Below, in pieces: positions 46,411 through 58,920 of a stretch of 64,000 nucleotides of DNA (within the stretch, counting starts at the first letter, position 1; every line of letters begins with the position of its first letter). The translations under genes and the position numbers were made by a program. The notes beneath the pieces were generated by a model. It had not been told where the DNA came from, did not search any database, and worked only from the letters and a program-made list of their open reading frames with translations. Origin of the DNA: Heteronotia binoei (lineage: Eukaryota); assembly GCF_032191835.1 (NCBI RefSeq), contig NC_083236.1, positions 1,860,001-1,924,000 on the forward strand. The letters run 5' to 3'.

Positions 46411-49400
46411 ACGGTGCCAACCAGCAGGTCGAGCGGGAAAAGGCACCACTAACGGTGAGAGCCATGGGAAGACTGTACTTTGTGATGGTAAAACTGTTGA
46501 ACCCCAAATTGAAAAGATTCCTACAGATTCGAGCCCTCGTAGACTCGGGGTGCAACCGGGAGCTGATCTCCCCCAAGGTGGTGGAGGCCCTGGGACTAAA
46601 GCTCTCGCAGCTGCCCCACCCCATGCTGTTTGAGCAGATGGATGAGTCGGTGATGGGGGGGGGGGAACCCTGTACGCAGGAAACAGAGCCATGCCCCTTG
46701 GGGATTGAGGGTCATTGGGATCTGGAGACTTTTGTCATTGCCCAGGCTTGCGGCTACCCCGTAGTGTTGGGAGTGGGGTGGTTGGAAAAACACGAGCCCC
46801 TCATTCGCTGGAAGGCACAGACCATTAGGTTCCCCGACCCAGATTTTAGCGGGCACTTATGGAACACGGCGTGGGGGCCGCGAGCGCCCGCCGCCCGAGA
46901 GAGGGCGTGCGTCCTGGTAGAGGAGGTGCACCATGTCCCGAGCGCCTACCGCGACCTGATGGAAGTATTTAGCGAGCGGGAGGCCAATCAATTACCCCCC
47001 CATCGGAACATGGACTGTGCCATAGAGCTGATCCCCAGGGAAAGTCTACCCCGGGCCAAACTCTACCAGATGGGGTGGGCCGAGAAAAAGGAACTGCGCA
47101 AATTCTTAGACTTGAACTTGGAGAGGGGTTTCATCAGATCCGCCACGGCCCCCCATGCGGCCCCGGTTTTGTTTAGAAAGAAGGATAATACGCTTAGACT
47201 TTGCACGGATTTTCGCAGGATAAACGCGATATCGATGTCTAATGCCTACCCCATCCCCCTCTTCAAAGACTTGCTGAACACAGTGGCGGGAGGGAAGATC
47301 TTTACAAAACTCGACTTGAGAGACGCGTACTTCCGGGTGCGCATCAAAGAGGGGGATGAGTGGAAGACGGCGTTTAACACTCCAATGGGACAATTTGAGT
47401 ATTTAGTTATGCCGTTTGGGTTGCAAGGGGCGCCTGGGGTGTTCATGAACTTTATCAATGATGTGTTGAGAAAATTTCTGTACAAGGGGATGGTGGTGTA
47501 CCTGGATGACATCATTATTTACTCGCAGGATGAGCAGTCCCATGTAAAATTGGTAAGGGAGGTACTGACCACCCTGCTAGAGCACCAACTGTATGCGAAA
47601 CTGTCTAAATGTGGGTTTCACCGCACTGAATTGGACTACCTCGGATTCCGAGTGTCTAAAGATGGACTAGCCATAGACCCCGCAAAAGTTCAGGTGGTCT
47701 TAGAGTGGGCCCCCCGAGGACATGTAGACAGCTCCAATCTTTTCTCGGGTTCGCAAATTTTTACAGGGGATTCATTGAGGGGTTCGCCCAGATCGCCCTG
47801 CCCCTGACTGACCTCCTCAAGACAAAGGGGAAGGGTGAGGACGCGAAGCGACCCGGGGCCAAGCTAAACTGGACGCCCACCTGCCAGGCGGCTTTCGACC
47901 GGCTCAAGCAACTGTTCACTAGCGAGCCGGTCCTGAGCCACCCGGATGAGCAAAAGGGCTTCGTGGTGCAATGCGACGCTTCCGACATCGCCGTAGGAGC
48001 CATTCTCATGCAGAGGGATGGGGAGGGGAAACTGCGACCCTGTGCCTACATCTCGCGGAAGTTCTCTGACGAGCAGAGAAATTGGTCGGTGTGGGACAAG
48101 GAGGCTTTCGCAGTCATGTTTGCATTAAAAACCTAGAGATCGTGGCTAGAGGGAGCTAAAGTGCCATTCGAGATATGGCCCGATCACAAAAACCTCGAAG
48201 CACTAACTGGGAAAAGGAAACTAAGCGAAAAGCAAATCAGGTGGGCGGGGTTCTTTTCCAAGTTCGATTTCACCCTAAAACACATCCCAGGGACCCGGAA
48301 TTTCTTAGCCGACGCCTTGTCCAGGCTCTTGCAACACGAAAGCCAGAGGGAGGAGGTGGTTGACTCGCTAGTATCCCCCACGCAAGTGGCGGCCATGGTC
48401 ACCACCCGCTCACAGAAAAGGAGGGAGCTGGACGGGCTCAGCCGCGAACGCATCGCCTTGGAGACCGAGAGGGAGGGAGGTGGGCGGCCCGAGGGGGTGC
48501 AGAAGGGAAAAGACGGGTTGTGGTACAAAGAGGAAAAACTCTATGTCCCGATGTCACTGAGAAGGGAAATCTTGCAACTTTGCCATTCATCCAAGCTGGC
48601 TGGGCATTTTGGCTATGTAAAAACCCTGCACTTAGTGAACCGACAGTTTTGGTGGCCGTCCCTACGAAAGGACGTGTCGGAATTTGTGACCGGCTGCCCG
48701 GTGTGCATAATGGCGAAGAAGAGGGGAGGGAAGCCCCCAGGTCTGTTGCAGCCACTGGAAATGGCCAAACGCCCCTGGTCCATTGTGTCCATGGATTTCA
48801 TAGTGGAACTTCCCTCTTCAAGGGGGAAAACAGTCATCCTGGTGGTGGTAGACACGTTTTCAAAGCAAGCCCATTTCATCCCCTGTACCCAATTACCCAC
48901 AGCCAAGAAACTGGCAACCCTATTCTTTGATCACGTGGCCAAACACCACTCAATCCCTGACAAAGTCATTAGTGACCGTGGGCCTCAGTTCATTGCCACC
49001 TTCTGGCGGGAGTTCTGCAAATTGTTAGGGATGGAGCAAGGGCTGAGCTCAGCATACCACCCCCAGACGGACGGACAGACAGAGAGAGTGAACGGGGTGC
49101 TGGAACAATATTTGCGGTGCTTTGTGAGCCAACGCCAGTCCGACTGGGTAGATCTCCTCCCCTTTGCGGAGTATGCCTATAACAACAGTACACACAGCTC
49201 CACCAAGACTTCTCCCTTTTCGACAGTGTTTGGGTATGAGGGAAAACCGATCCCGATGCTGCCAGGGGGGGGGGGAGACCCAGGCACAGGCTCTGCCTTC
49301 GAGCAATGGTGGCAGGGACCCAGCCAGTGCTGGCCGTCCATCCAAGAGAACTTGAAAGCGGCCAAAGAGGCTTACAAGAGGCAATACGACAAGTCTCATG

Positions 49401-49750
49401 TGCCAGTCTGGGAACTAAAGGTTGGGGACTCAGTGTTCCTGTCAACGAAAAATCTGCCTCTCGCCCAGCCCTCCAGGAAACTGTCTTTTAAATTCCTGGG
49501 GCCCTTTAAGATCAAGCGAATAATTAACCCAGTGACTGTAGAGTTGGATTTGCCTCCTGCCCTTGGTAAAATCCACCCTGTGTTTCATTGCAGCCTGCTC
49601 CGTCGAAGCCCGGAACCGTCCAGTTGGCACCCTCAAGAATCAACATCCCTCCCTGTCAAAGGGGAGTGTCGGAGCCTCTCGGGCCCCGAGATACTGAGCC
49701 GTAAACGGGAGCAACCCCTCGTTCGAGGCCGCGCCGTAGAGGGGGCTTAG
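46368..49750 (+). pseudogene. G2 pol (PR-RT-RH-IN) in the -1 frame relative to gag; one frameshift near 47710 and one TAG at 48134
   Basis: LVDSG, KLDLRDAYF, YLDDIII, CDASD, DALSR, HHCC, SDRGPQF, GQTERVN. Confidence 0.92.
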
Positions 49751-50996
49751 GGGGGGCAGTATGTCAAGTCTGCTGTATTTTGATCAATCTATCTTCTAGC
49801 TCTGGTTCAGAAGTGAAGGAGTCTGGGTAGTTCACACTGAATACCGAATGCTGCTAGCAACTTTCCTTCCCCCCTCATAGCTATGCCGTTGTTATGTAGC
49901 CTGCTTTGAAATGCTGATATGTGAACAAGATAATGGAGCCTTCTCAGGCTGGGTGTCTGTGGGAGTGTGAAGCGCCAAGGCCTTGGCTTGGGAACGAGGG
50001 AGTAACATTCTAGTGCGAAGATATACTGCATAGAGTGCCCCACCCGTAGGAATCCTTTGATCTATACCTTAAATGCTTGGTTAATATCTATGTACCCCAG
50101 TCCTTCAATCTCTATCATGGTCTTCAGTTCTGCTTTCAATAAACTAGCAACTTTGTTTCAACCAAAGACTCGTTATTGAATCCAGCCGACTTGACACTCA
50201 GGCGAAGCGACAATGGCCAAAGCCGTGGCAGAAGAAGCCTTACTCCAAATCCCCAGATCTACCATGGCGTCCAAAATCTACAGCAGCGTTTTCAAGGCCA
50301 CCATACCCAGCCAAGCCAAAGTACTCATCGCCTTCTTCCCAGTCGTCTCGACAGAAGGGCCCCAAGAAGCACAAGCAGGGTCTTTGACTGCCTACCGTCT
50401 TTACGCCACCCTGCCTATACGGACCTTACCCGCCTTTCCCGTTTTTCCCCAGCATGGTCCCAATTTACATCGGACCAATGGGTCTTATCCATAATCTGGC
50501 AGGGTTATGTGATAGAGTTCAGTCAAAACCCACCTACTCCGATGTTCGTATACACCAGGCCTTCAAGAAACCTACAGGAAGAGGTACAGTCCCTCCTCCT
50601 CAAATAAGCCATCGAAAAGGTCCCCACAAACCAAAAAAGCCTAGGTTTCTACTCCCGCTATTCTGCAGTCCCAAAACAGGACGGAGGTCTTCGGCCTATT
50701 ACGGACCTTCAGGCTCTGAATGTGTTCATCAAGTACAACAAATTTCGGATGACCTCGCTGCCCTACATTCTCCCTCTTCTCGGTCACGGGGTTTGGATGG
50801 CTACGCTGGATCTGAAAGACGCGTATTTCCATATCTCCATCCATTCCCTCCACCGGAAGTTCCTACGCTTTACGATTGGAGATGATCACTTCCAGTACAG
50901 GGCTTTACCCTTTGGCCTATGCACAGCCCCCAGGGTTTTTACCAAAACAATGGTAGTCATCACCGCCCATCTGAGATTGAAGGGGATAACCCTGTT

Positions 50997-51401
50997 AAGA
51001 ACATAAGAGAAGCCATGTTAGATCAGGCCAATGACCCATCAAGTCCAACACTCTGTATCACACAGTGGCAAAAAAAAATTATATATACACACACACTGTG
51101 GCTAATAGCCACTGATGGACCTCTGCTCCATATTTTTATCTAAACCCCTCTTGAAGCTGGCTATGCTTGTGGCCGCCACCACCTCCTGTGGCAGTGTCTG
51201 CTCAGCAATTTCATCGAATGCCCACGAGTTCTTGTATTGTGAGAAAGGGAGAAAAGTACTTCTTTCTCTACTTTCTCCATCCCATGCATTATCTTGTAAA
51301 CCTCTATCATGTCACCCCGCAGTCGACGTTTCTCCAAGCTAAAGAGTCCCAAGCGTTTCAGCCTTTCTTCATAGGGAAAGTGTTCCAGCCCTTTAATCAT
51401 T
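50997..51401 (-). mobile_element. CR1 3' end inside the DIRS D RT
   Basis: aagaacataag tail; YEERLKRLGLFSLEKRRLRGDMIEVYKIM. Confidence 0.92.
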
Positions 51402-52411
51402 CGACTCTCCTTCTTGCCTGCTGACTGCTCCTCCAGATGTCCTGTCATCTCTCACCTGGTGGGAACAGAAACATCACCTGACAGAGGGCGCACCCTTTCA
51501 CAGACCATCCCCATCCCTCACAATCACAATGGAGCTCACATGAGGGGCCTTTGCCCTCTACTTCATTAGAGTTCCTACGTTCTGCTTTTTTTAGCCAGCT
51601 CCCCGTTTGGCTTTTTAGGAATTCCTCAAGTTTGAGAGTGGAATCAATCCTGTATCTGGTGTTAGACACATTAAACAATATTCCCTCTGGCATGAGCCAC
51701 CTATAAGGTATTCCCTTTTCCTGTAAAATGACTGCTAACTTCTTGTAATCTACCCTTTTATTTCTTATTGACCATGGAATTTCATACATGATCTTTATCT
51801 TTGTCCCTTTTATTATGAGCGGTTGTTCTTTTGTAGCCATCCAGACCCTCTCCTTGGTCCTTTTCCTCACAAATTTCAGATGTATTTCCCTCGGGAGATC
51901 ATTCTTCCTTGCATAAAATGAGTTTACTCTATATACGTAATCGAATTCTGATTCTATTTCCTCCCTCTTCATGTTCAATATTTCCTCCATAGCTTCTGCT
52001 AGGATTGTATACAAGTTCTCATTTTTTTCCTCTGGGATGTTCAGCTCGATTCATTTCTAACCTTGATAACTTTCTATCTAAATCCATTTGTTTTACCTCT
52101 ATCTCTTCTACCCGTGAATCAGTTAGTTTTTGATTATTTTCAGTCGATTTAGTGATTTTAAGTAATCCATCGATTTCCTTTTTAGTATCTTTAGATTGAG
52201 TCTCTAACCCTGCCAACTTGCTAGCTAGCCCCTGCATTTGGTCGCTTAGCGCTTTCTGGGCTTGACCTAAGGTTTCCACAAATGTCTGCTGTAGTTCTTT
52301 TAAAGTATCTTGCGATAGTGCTGATCCCACCGCTTTGGGTTGACCAGGGGAAAATTTAGATTTAGGCTGTTGAGACATCTCTCAAACTAAAATACCACAG
52401 TATGGACACTT

Positions 52412-52868
52412 TTTTAGATAAGGCCAGCTCATTAGCAGAGATTGCAATGTTCCGTGTGTCCTTGAGCTCTGCACTCAACTCTGTAAAAGCGTCCCTCAGT
52501 GATTTAATTTCAGATCTCATCTGGTCCTGGGACGACATTATTAAAGTCTGGAAAGCTGATATCTGTTCAGATAATTCTTTAATTGTCTTAGCCATGATGA
52601 TTATTTTCCGGAGTTACCCGCGACCGTTGAGTAATTAACCAGGGCGTTGCCTCGTTAATTTGATAGTAAAAGTTGTTGTCTTACCCTCTGGGACCCCAGA
52701 AAGGAATTCTTATGATCTTCAGACCTTCGTAAGTAAGCTCGTTCTTCAAATAGACTTGCCAAAGAGCTATTTACATTCTTTTGAGCTATTTAAAATTCCA
52801 GTTCGAAGGGGAGGACGAGCACACAGTCGGCTTAGTTAACGCATGCGTACAACCCCCCCCCCCCCCCC
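52412..52868 (-). mobile_element. 5' end of a second L1-like family (G-run, 5' UTR, first about 61 ORF1 codons), inserted in the 5' UTR of the inverted L1
   Basis: 14-bp TSD CAGTATGGACACTT (52398-52411 and 52869-52882); coiled-coil ORF MAKTIKELSEQISAFQ... Confidence 0.8.
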
Positions 52869-54142
52869 CAGTATGGACACTTAAACAGATAAACACAAAA
52901 CCAGGAACAGTAATGGACAACCACAGTACCAAATAGGAGCAAAAGTACTAAAAGTACCAAAACCAGGAGTGCAAACAGAAGGATGTCAGCAGCACTGCAT
53001 AGGCTATAACCTATTAAATTATAACAGTAGTATTAATTAATTGATGCCTTGCTGCCACTATTGCCTCCTAGCTACTAAGCACCCTAGTAACTGGATCACT
53101 GTCCCCTTTAATTTTCTTTCCTTTCTTGCCTCGTCGTCGTCTTCTCGCTGTATGAGTCCTTGCCGTCCTCCACCCCTCTCCGTCGCTCCACCCCTTCGTA
53201 TACCGACGTTCCTGTTCTGCGTTAAGCCGTGAGTCCTCGTGACTTTGCCACACCTTCAGTAACTGTATAACACAGCAATCACCAAATAACCAGTTCTGCC
53301 ACTCCGTCAAGTCCGCTAACAGCTGGTCCCACTCACAGACGTCCTCCAACACCAAAGTAGTCAGCGTGTAATCGACACACACATTTCCCCCTATCTCATT
53401 CTACACACGCTTGTCCCCGCTTTGCTTTTCCCAAGCTCACCACCAAACGACCCCACGTAAGCAGTCCTTTGTTCTCAGCAAAGCAGGGCAGCTTCTCACT
53501 CAGCCTTCCCTAAGGAGGCACCATCAAAGAAAAAGTTTCAAGCATTGCGGCTCAAATTACTTGTTTCTGCTGCCTGAACGCCGCCTCCACGCCCACCTCG
53601 ATTGCTTCAGCTGCTTCAGCAGAGCCTCTCCCCCGCTCGAACGGGTGAAGCTGTTACTCTTTGCGCTTACTTAGCGGCACAAAAACAAAACAAAGAAAAA
53701 AAATAAAGATAAAGAAGTCGTCAAACCCGCTTTGCACTCAGGGAACGCCTTCTGCATTCAGCCCTGTTCTCCGGAAGGCTGGAGCTAACTCGTCCAACGA
53801 CGACGCCGGCTTCGGAATAAAGGTAAATGGAGAAGGCCAGAGATTCTGGTCGCTCCCCTCGCCCCTTCTATGTGCACGCTCCACAACTGGAGTCAAGCAC
53901 GGGCTAAATTAGCCCCCCAAAAGCCTTTGTTCGGCTTTGTCTCTAACAGAGCTTTAGAGACGCCGCCGCATCACCCTGCCAGGAACCGGAAACCCCCCAG
54001 TGGCAGTGGATATAGATCTGAGTGAACAAGAGGAGGGAGAGGTACGAACTGGAACAGGAGACGCTCCATTTTTAAGGGAAACCAGACAACAGAAAAAAAA
54101 AAGAACACAACAATCAGAAGTTAAGGACTGGTAAAATCTACC

Positions 54143-57100
54143 ATGTCCACGCAACTCAAAATATTGTCGCTAAATGTAAATGGATTAAACTCTCCTCAAA
54201 AAAGGAAACGAGTCTTTTCACAACTTAATAAATTTAAGGCAGATATCATATGCCTACAGGAAACACATATAAAACAAAAAAACGAAGCATTGCTTCAAAA
54301 TAAGAGGTTAGGGAAGGCAATAATCTCTTCAGAGAAAGACAAGAAAAAAAAGAGGTTTGGTTACATACATCATAGAAGACATACAGGCGAAACTGGTTTT
54401 TGAGGCCGAAGACGCAAGATATCAGGGAATTCAAATTACTAAGGGACAACAAAAATTCTTCCTCATAAATATATATGCACCCAATGGAAATCAGGGAACC
54501 TTTTATAAGAAGCTGCAGTGGGCGGTTGATGCTCATAAGTTGGATAGCATTTGCATAATTGGAGATTTTAACGCTGTGACCTGCCCAAAAGTAGATAAGG
54601 AATATGGTAAGGAAAGATTGAAACATAGACATTCTGCATGTAAAGTTCTTCCAGATGGGTTTTTCAGAATGGCGGATGAATATGTTTTAGTGGATGCCTG
54701 GCGAACTCTAAATCCAAACAAGAAAGACTTTACCTTTTTTTCAAACAAACACAGCTCTTGGTCTCGGATTGATATGTGCTGGGTCTCAGCTTCATTAATG
54801 AAAGAGGTAGAAGAAGTGGAAATTCAGCCCAGAACAGTCGCAGATCACAGCCCACTTATGATTTACATTAAAGGAGAAAGGAAAAGGCAAGGCTGGAGAA
54901 TGAACCCGAGATTGATGAACAATAAGAAATTTATACAGTATGTTGAAAAAGAAATGAAAGATTTCTTTCATTGGAATATTAGGGAAGAAACAACATTTAT
55001 GACGGTCTGGGAGGCAAGCAAAGCTTTCTTTAGAGGCTTAGTAATAAGCTTCAATGCACAAAAGAAACGGGAAGAAAGTAGAAAGTTAAAGGAAATGACC
55101 GAAGCAATAAAAGGCAGAGAAAAACAACTGAAAGAAAATCCAACGATACAGCAGATAAAGGATGAGATCAAAATTCTTCAGCATAAGAGCCACCTACTTT
55201 TTCTGGAGGAGATGGAGAAAAAAATACGATTTGCCAAACAATATTTTTTCGAAAATGCCAATAAGCCTGGAAGATGGCTCGCATACAAAATTAGGAAAGA
55301 ACGAGATAATAAAATTATTAAAATCTTGAAAGATAAAGAGGGAGTGCATAAACACACACAAGAAGAAATGAAAGCGATAATAAAGGACTTTTATACTCAA
55401 CTTTATGGATCTAGGGAAATGGATAAAAAACAACAAGAAGACTATCTGATGAGAAAGTCATTGTCAAAATTAACACCAGAACAACAGGAGGGACTGAATC
55501 GTCCAATAGCGGTGTATGAAATTGAAGAAGTTTGGAGTAAACTGAAGAAAAACAAAGCTGCTGGTCCAGATGGTATTCCAGCGGAATACTATATTGTATT
55601 TAAAGAGATTATAATTAATCATTTAAAAAAGGTCCTTGAAGAGGTCTGGTCGAAAGCAGATATTTTGGATTCTTGGAAATTGGCGAATATAGCACTTATT
55701 CCTAAAACAACTCAAGGGTCAGATGAGGTTAAGAACTACAGGCCAATTTCACTACTCAATGTGGACTATAAAATCTATTCAGCTATTCTGGCCAATAGGT
55801 TAAAAAAGGTACTAAACAAACTGATACATACGGATCAAACTGGGTTTCTCCCAAAAAGACATATGAGTACGAACTTAAGAACTATACTAAATGTTCTAGA
55901 GTATTATGAAATTTCTGGGAAGAAGAAATTAGCTCTGTTTTTTATAGATGCGGAAAAAGCATTTGACAACCTAAATTGGGAGTTTTTGTTTGGTCAATTA
56001 AGGATGATGGATTTTGGAGAAGATTTTATTCGGAATGTGAAAGCAATATACAAGGATCAAAGGGCAAAGATAATTGTGAACGGAGACCTCACTGAAGAAA
56101 TTAATCTAAGGAAAGGTACTAGACAGGGATGCCCACTTTCCCCTTTACTTTTTGTCTTATCCCTGGAAATATTACTGGAGTCCCTAAGAAATAATGATAA
56201 AATCAAGGGTTTAGAGATTAAAGATGAAATCTACAAAGTGCTGGCTTATGCAGATGACCTGGTTTTAATTGTACAAGACCCAATAGAATCAACTGAGGAG
56301 GTTTTAAAGGAATTAAATGAATACGGGCAGGTTGCAGGGCTAAAGGTTAATTATAACAAGTCAAAGGTTATAACAAAAAATATGTCTACTTATGATATCC
56401 AGGTTGTTGAAAAACGAACGTGTTTCCAGAGGGAATCGAAAATTAAATATTTAGGGATAATGCTGAGTAATAAATGTAGCAAAATATATGAACTTAATTA
56501 TGAACCTCTTTTAAAAGAACTTGAAGATAAGTTAAAGCAATGGCGAATTTTACAACTTTCTTTTATGGGCAGAATTGCTTTAATTAAGATGTATATATTA
56601 CCCAAGGTGTTATTCTTATTTCAATCGGTTAACTTCGCAGCTAGGAAAGTCTTTTTTGTTAAGTTAGAACAAATGATTAGATCCTTTATATGGTTGGACA
56701 AGAAACCGAGGATTAGAGGGAAAATTCTAATGGATACCAAGGATAATGGAGGCCTAGGAAAGCTATCATATAGCATGTGGTACACTCTGGTTGATTGATT
56801 GGATAGGACTCGAAAATAAAAGAATATTAGTGTTGGAAGGTTTTAATTTGTTAAATGGTTGGCATTTTAATTTATGGTATGCTCAGAAAACTCAGAAATA
56901 CTTTGTTAATCACCTGATTCGTAAGGGGATTTATAATGTGTGGTTGAAGTTTAAAAGGAAAATTTATAACAAAGTCCCAAGATGGATATCGCCGAATGAG
57001 GCCTCAATACAGCCACAGCTAAGGGATTATGCAAAGATAATTAGATACCAGGATTTACTAGATGGGAACGACAGAATAAGAGGGAAAGATGACTTGGAGG

Positions 57101-57867
57101 AGAAAGGTATAAAATTAGATTGGTGGTCTATGACACAGGTAATGGCTAAATTTAACAAGGATAAGCTTTTGGGGTTTACCAATTCTAGATTTGATTTTGA
57201 TAAAATTTTGCAAAATAAGGTAGATAAAATAATCAAAAAAACATACAACTACATGATCCAGATGAAATTAGAGGATGAAACCGTCAAAGAAGTAATGCTG
57301 AAATGGTCTAAAAACCTGGCAAAAAATATAGATTTAGAAACTTGGTCGTTATTCTGGAAATTAAATTACAAGGTTATTAAGCCGATTAATTTCAGGGAAA
57401 ATTTTTTTAAGTTATTTCATAGATGGTATGTCACCCCTGCTCAACTAAATAAGATCAACCCGACTACTCCACCAAAATGTTGGAAATGCGGGACAATGAT
57501 AGGCTCATTTTTTCACCTTTGGTGGACCTGCACAGTGGCAAAGAAATTCTGGGTTAAAATTTACGAAATGCTGAAAAAGATGTTAAATATAAACTGGCAG
57601 TTTAAACCCGAAATTATGCTACTCTCTTTAATGCGAAAGGAAGTCCCCAGAGAGGATGAACATTTGATAATATATGTACTAACAGCGGCAAGAATCGTAT
57701 ATGCTAAGCACTGGAGACAGAAAGAATGTCCAGAAATAGAGGAGGTTGTAGATAAAGTTTTACAAGCTGCGGAGATGGATATTCTATCCAATATGTTGAA
57801 AGGGGCATTAAAACAAGAAACAACAAATAAATGGGAGAAGTTTTATAAATGGTTAAAAAAAGAATGA
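54143..57867 (+). pseudogene. L1 ORF2 (APE, RT, Cys-rich C-terminus), apparently full length, two frameshifts (about 54350 and about 56780)
   Basis: LNVNGLNSPQKR, GDFNA, DAEKAFD, GTRQGCPLSP, YADD, CWKC..H.WWTC. Confidence 0.93.
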
Positions 57868-58236
57868 GGTACACAGGTTTGCAGATATGAGATAGATACA
57901 AGGTATTGTCATACTAAATAATATTCACTACTTATTTTTTGTTATAGTAAATATAGATAAAAACCGGATACGAAGATATGTGATGTTAAATTGATTTAAT
58001 ACTGCATTCAGTCTCAAGTGGAAGAACAGAGATGGGTTACAGCTCTGATTATAGTTTTGTTTTTATTTACTCATTTCAGTCAATGTAAGCCTATCTGAAG
58101 GCGAACAGTAATGGATATATTGTATTGTAAATTTTTGGTTTGAAATAAATGTTTCGTAAGTCTGAAAAAAAAATGAGGGGCCTTTGCGTAGGGGACCGAT
58201 GGCCCAGCCATCATGCCCACCACCATATAAACTTTT

Positions 58237-58920
58237 TTGGAGTTACTGGCCATTTTCCACTCCATCCAGTCCTTCCAGACCCTTCTAAGGGGCAAGACGG
58301 TAGCACTCATGACAGACAACACAACTGCCATAGCATACATAAACAGGCAGGGAGGTACAGTATCCCGCAGACTCTGCAAACTTGCCATGATCATCTGGGA
58401 GATGTGCAGGTCATTGGGGGTGTCGTTCCTGGCAACTCACCTCCCGGGGGACCTAAATGTCTGTGCAGACTTCTTCAGCCGAGGGGGAGCTTCGCTTCAC
58501 GAGTGGGAACTCAACTGGGAGTTCCTGCAACCCGTCTTCCATCGATGGGGGACTCCTGCACTGGATGTCTTTGCCACACGCAGCAACAGAAAATGTGAAC
58601 TATTCTGCTGCAGAGCAGGAGCGAACCCGATGTCCCTCAGGGATGGTCTCCTCATCCCGTGGAATTATCACCGGGTGTACCTGTTCCCCCCCCCCATTCC
58701 CCTGATTACCAGGGTGGTGCAGAAGATCTTGAGGGAAAGGCCAGTGGGCATCCTAGTAACGCCGTGGTGGCCGAGGCAGCACTGGTTCTCCCTGGTTCTG
58801 TGTCTCACCAACGGCAGGTTTCACCACTTCCCTCAGGTTCCAAACCTCCTGCTCTCTCATCAGGGGCAGGTTGTGCACCACGATGTTCCACATCTAAAGC
58901 TGACTGTGTGGCGCCTGTAA
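58237..58920 (+). CDS. DIRS D RNase H C-terminal part plus MT domain, uninterrupted
   Basis: LELLAI, TDNTT, ADFFSR, LDVFA, YLFPP, PWWP. Confidence 0.85.
   Translation: MELLAIFHSIQSFQTLLRGKTVALMTDNTTAIAYINRQGGTVSRRLCKLAMIIWEMCRSLGVSFLATHLPGDLNVCADFFSRGGASLHEWELNWEFLQPVFHRWGTPALDVFATRSNRKCELFCCRAGANPMSLRDGLLIPWNYHRVYLFPPPIPLITRVVQKILRERPVGILVTPWWPRQHWFSLVLCLTNGRFHHFPQVPNLLLSHQGQVVHHDVPHLKLTVWRL

Larger units (their letters stand above)
45304..50196 (+). mobile_element. Ty3/gypsy element (copy G2), sushi/chromovirus-related
   Basis: TSD CTCAG (45299-45303 and 50197-50201); 3' LTR 49762-50196 (TGTCAAGTC...GACTTGACA); 5' LTR reduced to 45304-45412, identical to the 3' LTR over that length; polypurine tract ttagggggggcagta. 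Confidence 0.96.
51555..58172 (+). mobile_element. Full-length L1 with inverted 5' portion (51555-53998 on the - strand; 53999-58172 on the + strand)
   Basis: 15-bp TSD ATGAGGGGCCTTTGC (51540-51554 and 58173-58187); ORF1 on the - strand 52378-51555; ORF2 54143-57867; AATAAA at 58144 followed by an A tail. Confidence 0.92.

Noticed and set aside
48134-48136. TGG to TAG/TGA stops suggesting APOBEC-type editing (also 62715)
   Set aside because: Too few events and no consensus available to test for strand-biased G-to-A excess
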